Part shown: positions 25,450 to 37,750 of the stretch, piece by piece
Position numbering within the stretch: position 1 is the first letter of the stretch
Layout: every line of letters begins with the position of its first letter
DNA from: Takakia lepidozioides
Taxonomy: Eukaryota; Plantae; Bryophyta
Assembly (NCBI GenBank): GCA_030704615.1
Contig: CM060734.1
Span: forward strand, 50,344,001-50,408,000
DNA length: 64,000 nt
Reading direction: 5' to 3'
Translations under genes and position numbers: made by a program
Notes under the pieces: generated by a model
The model's input: only the letters and a program-made list of their open reading frames with translations
Databases searched by the model: none
Told to the model about the DNA's origin: nothing

Positions 25450-25545
25450 CTTCGCTCGTGCAGGTAAGTTGCCAAGCATTTCTGATCCTCATAATGGAGA
25501 CTTAAGTGAGCAATTGAGTTCCACGGAATAGACAATGGAATCTCC
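25450..25545 (-). mobile_element. Fragment of non-LTR family B
   Basis: Reverse-complement match to 9320-9410. Confidence 0.7.
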
Positions 25546-27249
25546 CACAGATCTCATAATACAGAGGGCACTAAAAAAAGAAGTGTTCTTCAGTTTCAAT
25601 TTCCTGGTTGTGCCTGGTGCAGAAGGGGACTGGTAGCATAAGTTCTTATATGTGAGTGCCAGTCTCAATTTGGAGAACGCAGGTATGTGTAACGCAAGGC
25701 AATCACATAGACGTAACACCAGAATGTGTGGATTGTATTGCTAACTCGGCTATTTGAATAAGTTCTAGAGCTTTGGAATGGAAATCAGCTCTCATTTTAG
25801 GTTTAGGGCTTGACAACTTCATATCATTGCTCATCATCAATCGGTGCTGAGCTGAGCAGAGATTTGATAACAAGTCTTTTGTGGGAGCACAATTATCCAG
25901 TAGAGCTGGGTTGAGCATGCTATGAGAGTTGAATCGCTCACCTATGGGTACACTTCATTGAGGTTTTAGGTTCATTCTTATGTTGAAGGTTCTGGTTTGT
26001 ACAGTGAGGCTCCCAAGACATCGCAGAAGTCTTGTAAGTTTGTGCGTGGGTTATTTTAGGCGAGCATCTTAGCGTCCTTTATCACACACTGTATCCACCA
26101 TTTGGTTTGAAAAGCGGCCAGTGTTCTGTCTAATGTGCAGCACTTACATTCACTCAAGTGTACTTGTGATTGTATGAATCATAATACTAATTAGATCATT
26201 AGCTCATAATACTAATTAGCTCATTCACTAGATCAGCCCTAAGTGTGAGAAGGACCGTCTCAGAATGCACAGACCCAATTTTGGTTGCAACGCTTCCTGC
26301 ATCTTCAATGTGGGTGCGTTCCTTTGTCTTCTCTCAGATGGTGTCTCCACTTGAGCTTCTGTAGACGAAAACCATTTGCAGAACGAATATTGCCTCAAAT
26401 TCAGCTTCACCAGTGAAGAAAACCGGATGATATATCGTCGATGAGAGTGCCCTTTTTCCTCTGTTTTCCTCAATCGAAACAGGAGGGGTTGCAATTGTGC
26501 AGGAGCACATCCGAGCTGTTCCTCGTATGTTTTGCAAGGGATTTTCACACGGGAATTCACATACGAATTTTCTCTTTGATCGTAAGAGGAGAATGTGTGG
26601 CACTGTGCATAGTGGTCCTGTTTATGTGGAGAAGGAGGTATTGGGTTTAGGACTCAACATCCTATTGATCTGTCAACTGCAAAACTATCTGAACCACCAA
26701 CATGTGTAACTGCAGAACAGAGCTACTGATATCATGAAAAACAAACTTAATGCTCTCAGTTTCAAAAAGAAGTGATCATGAAAGTACGGTTGAGATTGAC
26801 ATCTTGATGCTTTGGAGGAATTAAGTGCGTTTGTAAATACAGAAGATTTCCATTTATCATGGCATCTCTCAGCAAGTGGGCACAAGTGGTCAGCACACTG
26901 CAAGTTGTCCCTGAATTGGACACAAGCTGCTTCTCGATTCATAGAGAGGCAGGCTATCGATAGAGCCAAGTAGAAGCATACTCTGTGGTTGCTTACTACG
27001 CTAGATGCTGAGCATGTCCAAAACTGGAGGAGAGAGATTCCAATGACCTCCCCTATGAAAAGAAATCTGAATCTTTTTCAAGATAACTTTGCTATTGAAC
27101 ATTTGTCAGAAGAACAAAAACTGAGACTTCCCCTTATGTTCACACTTCTGTCTACTGTATCACAGGCCACTGATGCCCACTTCGTGAGGATTTTTCTCAC
27201 AACCTGACAAAGATACAGGTACAGCAAATGAATACCCTTCGCAGATTAC

Positions 27250-27777
27250 TCAGGAAAGTTGGCCACAGTCAGCAATGACTACTGACTTCTTTGTCTTGCC
27301 ACTGCTGGAGCCGACTGCCTCGATGGCCTTCACCACATTGAACCCCTCAACTACCTGTCCGAACACTACATGCTTGCCATCCAGCCATGGGGTGGGAACA
27401 GTGCACAAGAAAAATTGTGACCCATTGGTGTTAGGGCCTGCATTGGCCATGGACAAAACTCCAGGGCCTGAATGCTTCCTCACAAAGTTTTCATCGGCAA
27501 ACTTTTCCCCATAAATCGACTCTCCTCCAGTGCCATTGCCCTTGGTGAAGTCACCTCCCTGACACATGAACTCTGGGATGACACGGTGGAATGCTGAACC
27601 CTTGAAGTGGAGAGGTTTCCCTGATTTTCCATTTCCTTTCTCTCCAGTGCAAAGAGACCGGAAATTCTCTGCAGTCCTGGGGGTTGTATCAGAGTAAAGT
27701 TCCATCGCAATTCTGCCAGCTGGATGGCCCCCAATGCCTATGTCAAAAAAGACCTTGGGGTTCAATGGGTTCGGCAT
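27250..27777 (-). CDS. Single-domain cytosolic cyclophilin (peptidyl-prolyl isomerase), intronless, 175 aa
   Basis: Intact ORF with [53 protein letters not shown] and [10 protein letters not shown]. Confidence 0.97.
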   Translation of the reverse strand: MPNPLNPKVFFDIGIGGHPAGRIAMELYSDTTPRTAENFRSLCTGEKGNGKSGKPLHFKGSAFHRVIPEFMCQGGDFTKGNGTGGESIYGEKFADENFVRKHSGPGVLSMANAGPNTNGSQFFLCTVPTPWLDGKHVVFGQVVEGFNVVKAIEAVGSSSGKTKKSVVIADCGQLS

Positions 27778-29577
27778 GTTGCTGCAACCACCACGGCTAT
27801 AGAGTCAACATGTGCTCAGGCTTATTCCACAACAGCATCCTCAAATGTCCATTCTTATACAAGGCAGAGGTAAGCAAAAGCATTGAGAAAAGAAGATCAC
27901 TCATGCGAGATCAATGCAGAGAGAGAAGTTTGTCTTATTGATCCTCAGATCAAAGCTCCAAGACATGGTTCCTTTGGCAAGAAATCTCTGAAGTCCAAGG
28001 CGATTGTTTTTTAAATGAGTTGCTAAAGTAACCTAGACTTCATGGAGACAACTTCCAAGATTTCAAATCACTAGGGGCGTTACAGGACCATGGACAAGTG
28101 GTGCCTAAACGAGTAGAAGACACCAAGCTAACAGGGACACTGTTTCCAGACCAGACCGAGCTGAAGCATCCACTTCTCTATGTGGAGTTATCCGCCAATA
28201 TCCAGGCCCATGAAGTACAAGCTTCACCTCTTGGCACACAGACATCAAAATACCCTCAGCGTCCATAACCTCTACATTGCCAACATCTTGCAGGCAAGAA
28301 CAAAAGATTTTAAAGAAAGAGGAGTATCACCGTGGTGCTGGTGTCTTTCTCAGACACGATGCCAATTGACCAATGTTTGTGATCAGGGGATAAACGTATA
28401 GGTTTGCAATGCTCTCTTTTCATCCGCAACCGTTGTAAAACAATTTAACCCTCTGATCCTTCCAACCACTCACAACCCTCCCACTAAAAATCGCAATCCT
28501 GCCATCGCCGTCACCTCGCATTTGGTATCAATCTCCCTCACACTCGGCAAACAGCACAACTCTCCTCCCTCCGCACACAAGTAGTCAAGTCAACAACCGC
28601 CTCTTGCAGACATAAACCAAGAAATCCAACAACTGAATTGCACCTGACGTGATTAAGAATGCGGCGTATCGGAAGCCAAGATGGGTCCTCCTTGCCGGTC
28701 GATGAAGTGCAAGAACGATAGCAGCAGCTTCTTTGCAGGTCGTTAGGATTGCAACAGGGGCCAAGCTGGCGTCACTGGTGCCCCAAAACACGCAAAACTG
28801 AGGTTCCAAAGCTCCTCGTTGGCTCCTCCTCGTTGGCTCTCACACAGGGATAGTTTGTCCTTTTCATAATGTTTGTGTTTTGTACAAGGCGCTTAAACAG
28901 CGCCAAATACTGAATGTTCCCATCTGTCCCCCTTTGGATTATTCTTCCCTTTACAAAGACACAGTGATGGCATCTGCTTGAAAGATGTAAGACTCGTATG
29001 GGTTATGAGAGTTTTCGTTCCTTGACATTAGCTCTGAAAAACAACCACTTTTTTCTGTAGACACAGTGATGGATCTTTCCATCTTCAGGAATAACGTTGT
29101 TTGAAGCCAGTTCGGGCCATGTTGGGGACCGTTTTATATCATTCATTCATTTGTCTCTGGAATTTGAAGCAAAGGCTGTCACATTTCTGTTGTCTTCAGC
29201 AGAATCTGTTTTCACCATCAACCTTTCTAGCGATGGAGGTTAGCAAACGCCAGCAACCATGACGTGAAAATTTCTCAGCTCGAACGTTGCAAAGGCTGGT
29301 TTTGGTCCCGTTTGGTGGGGATGAGCAGATGAGGAGCAGATGATGGGAAGGAGGCTTGGAAGAAGTCCAGCACTGGCTGAAATGCATTGCTCTTGATCTA
29401 TCATGCCCAAGTTACGTGAGGACGCTTGCAGACCATTGTAGAAGACCCCAGGGAAGGTATTGGGCCCCTGATTCCAGTTTATTGCTCGCGAACGTGGTCT
29501 GTGTGTGTAAGTACAGTATCCTCTTGTACACAGATCACATATCTTCACTAAAAGAGTAGGAATTTGCAAGCAACGGT

Positions 29578-31790
29578 CTAAGCAAAATCGAAAATTTCGA
29601 GCACAGGATCTGATGCATGGACCTTTCGGCCACCTCGAAGTGAATGATAGACCGGTCTTGAGCAACCGGATTCGGACCGCCTCGGTTTGAACATTGAGAG
29701 TTTCAATGATCGAGACTTTTGTGGCCAAGTTGACACAGAACCCTCCCCTAAGCTGGCCTCCAATGTACATATAGTCAAGTCCAGTGCAACCAGGCTGCTT
29801 GAAGGTCTCTCAGGTTCATGCTTTTCCAACTCCGAGTGCCCTGCTTGTTCCCTTCCCTCCACCATATTATCCACGATATCATCAGGATGCACTGCATAAG
29901 TTTTTTTTCTTTCCATGGTGGCTGATGACTCGTCAACTACCACATATAATCGGCGACCAGACGTTGATGAGCTTCTTCTGGCCGATCCGCTCGTTTGGGA
30001 CCTTGACCGACCGAGTCTCTTACGAGATTCAACTGTTCGACCCCTTTCAGAAATTAGAGGGTCGTGATCGGCTTTGCGCTTTTGAGGTCTGACCAAAATC
30101 TCTTTGTAGTAGCTCTCGAGCGTGAGAAGCAGCTCCACTTCGACATGGGGTGAGCTTGACGAGCTAATCGAGCCTGTTGAGTACGAACGCACCAAGCGAG
30201 CTAATCGCTTGGACCTTGTGGACTCATGCGCTGATGGCTCTCCAGTTTTCTCGCCCAGGTTCTCCATTCGATCCGATTCCTGGGTTGATGTTATTTCTGC
30301 ATCCGTCTCACCAAATATTTTCAACTGGCTGCTTGCTGAGTTCCGTAGCCTCCACCTTGAAGAACTGCAGTACTCCTCGAACGGTGCGATGGAGGTGGGT
30401 TGGATTCTTTCAATGGAACAGCTCGACTTATTATCCCCCAGGGCAGTAGTTATGGCTAAATCGCTCTCTCCACGTGACTCCATCGTATCCTCACCCTTAC
30501 CTTCATCTGTAGTATCCAATTTTGGGACTGCAAGGATGCAATTGATCACAAAGATTCGACAATCAAAACCTCACAAGTTGAGCTTTCTGAATAACATGCA
30601 CGAGCATATATGGAATTCATCGTTTTTCCAGATCAGTTGCCATGGATTTTCCTTGAAAGGATTGTCTATATAGTAGGATGTCCAGATCATTGTCTACAGG
30701 CATGTAAATTACGCTTTCTCTTCCTCAAGCGAGAAAATCAGCTGGTGTTCCCACCGAAAGGATTTTAAGGTTAAGCATGCATATCAAGCAGTTACTTGGC
30801 TTGGTTTGCGACTCACCGGTGACAAAAGAACTACGACTTGATGGGACCGTTGAGCCAGAATCGGTAGAATGGTCCTGGAAGAGCTCCTGCAACATGTGAT
30901 TCTCTTCTATTAGAGCTATCATAGTGGTGCTCTCTGATTCTGTAGGTAAGGACCTTCGTTCTGAGCTGATTCTCTCGGGCATGGAGACCGGCATCAATGC
31001 GTAAGGAACCCCAGCAGCCAGACTAATGTTTACACGGCAAAGAGGACAAGTGGAATGCGAGCGCAACCACATGTCAATACAACTGATGTGAAAAGCGTGA
31101 TTGCACTTGGGAAGTATGCGGAGGGTCTCGTGTTCTTCGAACGCACTCAAACACACCGAGCACTCGGTGTCCTCTATCAGCCCCTCACCCTCTCTGTACT
31201 GAAAATTGGGTATACGCCTTATGAAGGCTTCGTCTAAACCCACTGAAGCAGGCCATACTCGCTCTCCCATAACAACCTGTGGGTCACAGTACAAAGCAAA
31301 ATTGATGAGAAGGAAAAACAATATACATGTTTAATTTGCTTACGACTCATGCAGACTGTGAAGTTCTGTACTAACCGCCTCCAAAGATCAGAGTACAGAT
31401 TCATGAATTGTTTGAACGCACTGTTAAATTGGCTGGACAACAATTCGGAGCTGGCCAAGAGATTAGATCCAAGGGGTCTGATCATAGAGATTAGGTAATT
31501 GGAAGACATACCATGACGGAAGCACCGTCCCCAGCAGAAAAGTGAGAGCCCCATGACGAAAATAGCTGCCATCGCGTACAATACTTGGTTATAAGGCGGT
31601 AGTAGCTCACTACGAGAAAGGAGACTGCCAGCACGCCGATCACTGAAACCACTGCCGGACTGAATGAAACGTTTGTTGAGCTGGTGGTAGCATGGATGTT
31701 GCCTTGGATACTACTTTGTGGTGGAATATGAATACCGGTATACAAAGGATTGATTGTAGTGTCATAATGAATCGTTGTCAAAGGCCTCAT
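29578..31790 (-). CDS. ATL-family RING-H2 E3 ubiquitin ligase, exons 31790-31512, 31276-30817, 30527-29578 (about 562 aa)
   Basis: N-terminal transmembrane helix, GLD motif, and RING-H2 CSVCLSAF...LPKCNHAFHISCIDMWLRSHSTCPLCR. GT-AG phases are consistent (0 and 1). Confidence 0.9.
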
Positions 31791-34700
31791 CACCTCCCAA
31801 TCAACAGTTGCACCCGGCCAATAGAGAGCAGATATCACTCGAGATCAGAGAGAGAGAGCGGACTGTGTACACCAACTTCTATCGTGGATTTCCCAAGGGA
31901 GAACATGTAGTGCTCAGATCCTGGTTTACTGCGAAACGGTACTGATCAGACGGTACTCCAATCCAGAAGTTCGTCAAGTGCCAAGTTTCGCAATTGATTT
32001 CTGACGCCAGCTCCAAAACAAGAAACTGTACCTTCTGGACAAGGGTGCTGGGTCACCTAGCTGGAGTACACCAACTTACATGCCAATGGAAGTTTCTGCT
32101 AGGAGCACTCTGATGAGAGGGAGATCCGCATCATAACTCACCCGAAAAACAACAAGTTTCGAATTGTTGTGTGCAGGGCGCGTTGAGCAAGTGCACCCAC
32201 ACCAGTGTTCACATCCGAAGGTTGATTTATCGCGTGATTTTCCTTCATACTCTCTTGACCAGTTCGTAACTCACTCCGATCCACATAACCATCATTGAAA
32301 GTACACACATGTATTACAAGGAGTATGTTAGACCTGAGGCTCCAGATCTTCCTCCATGATGCTCCCTGCATTGGTGTGTCTTGCAGAGACACCGTAATTC
32401 ATGCCAGGCGGGCCAAGGCATAGCATCAAACAGGTCTGTTATATGTATGTACCCACCCCCAAGCCTGAGAAAGACGTAAAGCTACTAGGAATGGGGAGAG
32501 ACGGGGCGCTCGAGACCACCATGAAACTCGACTAAATTACATAGTTAATGTTTGAATTGAGGTATCAAGACAATCCACATTTCATTGTGGGAATACTCTC
32601 GGGAGGACACACTGTCCAGAACCAGTTCTAGTAAGGTTCGACACATCTCAAGAAAGACGGCGAGTCCAGCTAGATAGCTAGATTTGGATAGGAACAAAGA
32701 GGGCAGTGCCTGCAGCTAGATTCTCAAGGATGAGAAAGAGAGCTAGAGTCACGGCGCAGGAATAGAGGTCCAAAGGTAGACCTCTTCCTCCGGCTTTCAC
32801 GTGAACAGCTGAAACTCGACTAAAGATAGTTCAACCAGGGGGTCCGAGAAGACCAGTTACCCACACCTGGAAATAGACCCGAGCTCTCTCATTTCCTTTT
32901 CAATTTTCAATGCTGGCCATAAAGTTAAGCTCTTCATACACTTCACAATTACGACGTTAAGAAGAATGAAAGCTGCTCTTCGATCAATGTAAATCGTGCC
33001 GCCGACAGTTTACTCATAAGCCCCTCAGAAGACCATGCACTATACGAAGTGAACACTTGCTAATAAATATTAACTCAGACCTTATCTTTCCTGACGTAAT
33101 TACTCTCGAACATCTGTCATGCTCATGCTAAGTGTATATAAATTGATACCCATTAGAGAGATTACTCTTAAAAGTTCGGCAGTCTAAAGCTGTGGGATGG
33201 CTGCTGATTAGTCACACAACAAACCTTCCAAAATAGCTGTGAGACCTGATCGACACCCCATTTGTTCCTCTAAACCACAAATATACAAGTGATTCTTCCA
33301 AGTCTTGGAATCTGACTGTGAGGGGGTAGTACAGATTGTGAAGGATGCAAGAGTGCGGGAAAGGGGGCCTGGAAGCTAATCAAGCACGATCGATGGGCGG
33401 ATGCGCGAATCAGCGACACGTCGTAACGTGGGTGCATCGTTGCAGTCTTCTCCCACATCGGCGCGCCCTCTTCCTTCGCTACAAGTCCGCTCTTTGTCTG
33501 TCTTGCACGAAACAGCACCAAAGTTGGTTGAGCGAGCCAACAACAACAGCAAGACGATGCTGCCGACTGATCTGCATTCTATCGATGCAGATCCGGGCAG
33601 AAAACAGTACATGAAGAGCTTTCTGTTTAGAGCTTTGTAAATTCTCAAACAGTGACCGCACACCTAGCCAATTCCAATTCCAAGTAGATTCCAAGTAAGT
33701 AGGTAAGCATTTTATGGATGAGGATGTACCCAAGTGATCATTATTCACTACTTGAAACCCTAACTGGCACTAATGTACATGTATACATTAGCAAACCACA
33801 TTAAGCGGCCCTAGAAAACGGCCCTCAGCACATAACCCTGGGTTAACCAGGGTTGGGACTTTCTGGTAAGCTAATGTGCAGTGCGGCCGCTTGGAATCAT
33901 GTTCTTTTCTGTTAGTTAATGTTCCCCCTTAATGGTCCGACTTGAAGGTTCCATCCACATCCGTACTTTAATCCATTTATATCATCCATATTTGGCAAAT
34001 TCAAATTATTTTTTATTTGGCGAAGTTTGGCGATTTCATCCATGAAAAAACAGGGAATTTCCGATTCCTTCTCTTTTTTGGAGGTCGAAATCTGGCGAAA
34101 ATTCGCCAATAAAGAAACGCTGATCATGCCTCAGTAAAAGGAATTTTTAAGATTTTATAAAGATCCTTTAAAGATGCTTGTGCTTAGACATGATTTAGTG
34201 AGGCATAAAGAGTCCCCGGGCAGGATTTCTTAGTTAGAGAGGATGGCACCTTAGGGGGGCGGGATTTCTCCAGGAGGTGAGGATGGTGGCACCTTTCGCC
34301 GCGTACCTCCTCTTGTGAGCTATACCCGATCGAGGAAATCCCCGCCATCAAAATCGGTAATCCTTGTTGTTTCTTTAGGCAGGATGAGGCCCCTGGGAGT
34401 GGGCCTTCCTGACAGGGGCCCCGGAAAGCAGTAGCCGAGTGCCTAGGCCGCAAGTTTCAGGCACACTCCGAGGGCCTCACCCTCTCACCCTACACATAAT
34501 TGTTTGTCAAACGGCACACAGCTTGGAAACCCAACTTGAAGCCTAGCTTCCTTAAAAATGTTTTTGTTCCATGCAGTTCTAAGGCTCCATGTATCTTCAC
34601 TAGAATCCTTGGGAATCTACAACAATATTATACATCCCTTAGTCTTTTCCTCTTCTCTAAAAAAGCTGGAATCTTGTGAGCCCGCATTTGTCAACATGTC

Positions 34701-35470
34701 CTCTTCCTTTGAGGGTGAAGCCTGCATTCTTGCAATTGGGTTGTCCATTTATAGTGCATATGTGACCAGGCAAGTCTGAGGACTAATTTTACTTTGAATG
34801 AGTCAATTTGTATATTACACTTACTAGTGTGGGCTGTCAGTATGCTGTCGAGCACATCATAATATTGTACACTTGTTTTATGTTCCAGAAACACCCAATT
34901 TTCCATTTTTTATGAATTTCTAGTGACAAAAAATACTTGAAATGTCTCCCACAGGGTAGGTCCAAAAATTATAAGATGCACCCTTCAGCGGTAAAAAAAC
35001 CCGGGTGGGCGCCTTGCTGCTTAGGAGATCTCAACATGACAAACAAAACAAAACAAAACAAAACATTATGGAATACATGCAAGCTCTGCCAGATTGTAGT
35101 TACAAATTGGTTGTAAAAGGATTGACATAATCCGGAAGTTAGAATGTCAAGTAAATGGGGTTGTGGTGGGTCCAATATGCTTTTTTTGTTCCAAACAAAC
35201 AATGTTGCGTAGGTAAATAAACCCATATATGATCTCTGTCGTAGGTTCATTGAATGTAAGATGAAAGTTGTAGTTTCTCATGAATGAGTGAAGTGAGTGG
35301 TTTTTGAAGATTGATATTAAAATCTCCGATAAAAATCGTTGGACAATTTTTCGGTGCTCAATCATATAAATTTTGTGAATTTTGCATAATGTTGTGAAGA
35401 GAAAGCAAATGAGGTTTATATATTGCAATGACATACATACTTGGAAAGGCATGTTAGGATATTGTTTTAA

Positions 35471-35936
35471 CCCCTAAACGCCCGCAGGCCTCCGTGGACT
35501 TTTTACCAAAAAGCGAGCCCGGCCAGAAAAATCAGCGTAATTTTTGGAAAAAGAATGAATCTTGAAAAAGTGACCAGACAATATGAAGCCACCTACCCCT
35601 GGCAAGTCCTGCCCAATTTTGGAGCCAATCATACAACTAGTGCGAAAACCCCACCGTTGCGAGTGGCGTCCATTTTTGCAGATTTGTGCAAAAAAAAAGA
35701 GACCAAAATGAGATTTGTGGGATTTTGCATGTCGGGATGGAAAAAACTCGGCCTGCTGTACCCGAAAATGTGGTGGCCGTCCAACATGATTTAGGCAATC
35801 GGTCTCGCATGGACAATCCTGATGTAGACACACAATGCACCCACCCAAAAAAACAAAAACAGGCAAAAAATCTGCTCCTGGCAAAACTATTTGTGTATAA
35901 AAAAAGACCAATTTTGGGCCGGCGGGCGTTTAGGGG
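35471..35936. mobile_element. Second piggyBac-type non-autonomous element (466 bp)
   Basis: TTAA|CCCCTAAACGCCCGCAGGCC...GGCCGGCGGGCGTTTAGGGG|TTAA; the TIRs match at 19 of 20 bp. Confidence 0.9.
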
Positions 35937-37059
35937 TTAAGGATTATAGACAACCCTCCACCGCAACACTGTTTTTAATGTCTCCATCACATCCTCCTAC
36001 TTCTCCCCTCATCTTGTACTTATCGCTCACATCTGGTACCGCTCCCCTCTCGTACCTTACTGCACAATCCTCATGTATCAAGGACGCGACTATAAAAGTA
36101 CTACATCCTTCCGCCACTCCCTCCATTCTAGATTTTTTCTCCCTCTATTCTAGAACCTTTGCCAAATTTGGGTGGCGCATGGAGTGTATGTGGGTTGCCG
36201 ATGCATTAGCCATGCGGAGCCGCATGCAATTAGTCACCCTCATTAAGACAAAATCCTAAGACGTTTTGGCACTTTTGGTGGATTTTATTTTTTCAACGAT
36301 TGAGGTCTCGTCTGTTTTGTCGTACTTGTACTGAAGTTGTTTTTTGACATAATTTGGCTGGTACATCCTGGTTGTGGAGAGACATGTGAGAGGAAAGAGG
36401 GTTGAATGGACTAGAGTGGTTGAGAGGCCAAGAAATGGTGCAGCCATCCACAAAGTTGCGCTGCTTAATTGAGAGAGAAAGCCGCTCGATTAATGTGGGG
36501 GCAGACTTTGATATGACAATCACCACTCATGTCAATGTTCTCTGCACCACCATGGCATGTCACCATGCATATCTACCCAGACTCATTTCTCTAGGAGCCT
36601 TCAACTACATGAGTGTGCCCATTCAGGCTTCGAAATGCAAGGTTGGGACTCTTTACCATCAAGTTCTGCATGGAGAATAGCACTAACATTCGTGTGGAAC
36701 TAGTTTGCACCCAATCCATCAGCCAAGGCATCACATCTAAGGTAATGAATGAGAAGGCGACCGTGGGGGAGATTCGCCTCATGGATTTGCTTTGAAAACA
36801 TTCAGGTAACCTCCAGCACGACCATGGGGAATCCTAAGGAAGTCACTCGGCATGAATTTCAAACCATGTACAATAAAACATAGGGTCCAACAAATTCTTA
36901 AGAAATAAAAATTCTAAAATATTTAATTTTAACAAAGGGTGGTAATATTATGAAAATTATATTTATAAAAAACATATGGATACTTATTTGCCTTTGTGTT
37001 ACAATTTAAAGAAAAACAATAGAAAAAAATGGGGGGTCAAGGCACCCCATTGACCTCAT

Positions 37060-37358
37060 GAACAAGTCACCAGTAAGCAAGAAGAAGACTACTACTGCGG
37101 GGCCAACCACCATGGTCTAACTGAATTGGTTTACTAAGGCCCGGGGGAATCTTAAGCTCAAATATGATGGGTACTAATTCTAAATGGGTAGATGTAGATA
37201 CCATTATTTCTACTGTCACTTTAACTTATCAGCCAGAGAACAACTTGGATGAGTTAGATAGTTGTCGTGCAGCTAAGCATCGTGCCACAACATACATCGT
37301 TATCCACCATACATTCTAAGCACACAATCCTAGAAAGCTATGCCACAATCGCCCCCCT
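37060..37358 (-). repeat. Putative polypurine tract (37358-37348) and start of the 3' LTR (TG at 37347); distal LTR end uncertain
   Basis: AGGGGGGCGAT|TGTGGCA lies downstream of pol. No matching 5' LTR was found. Confidence 0.5.
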
Positions 37359-37603
37359 AGCTGGTGATTAGGTCCCTCTAACACCGGATAGCTGACAAGT
37401 ATCCATCTCAATAAGATCATCGTTTGGTCTTCAATTGCACAAGTCCCAACACCTGAAGTCGATAGATCAAGAGGTCGGGTGCAAACGTAGCCCCATCGTT
37501 AGTCGCCTTCATGCAATCCATGATCTTCAATTGAGTATCCATGGCATTGAAGCCTCACTAGCTAGATCACTTGTCCGCCTCACCATTGTCATGCGCACTA
37601 CCT

Positions 37604-37750
37604 CTATCCAAGGCATCGTGGACACAACCATTCTCCGATAGGAACCTCCTCAAGTAGCGGTGTCAAGCATCCCATGTGCCACCCCCTTGAGCATTTGTCA
37701 CACACCAACATGGTGGCGGCACTACCAACATGCCCACATAGCATGCAACG
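37604..37750 (-). pseudogene. PHD finger at the integrase C-terminus
   Basis: CMLC-x9-VCDKCSRGWHMGCLTPLLEEVPIGEWLCPRC, a C4HC3 pattern with the conserved W. Confidence 0.92.

Noticed and set aside
33803-33892. Nested palindrome (AAGCGGCC...AACCCTGG/CCAGGGTT...GGCCGCTT)
   Set aside because: Possibly a tiny MITE, but the TSD is imperfect and there is only one copy here.
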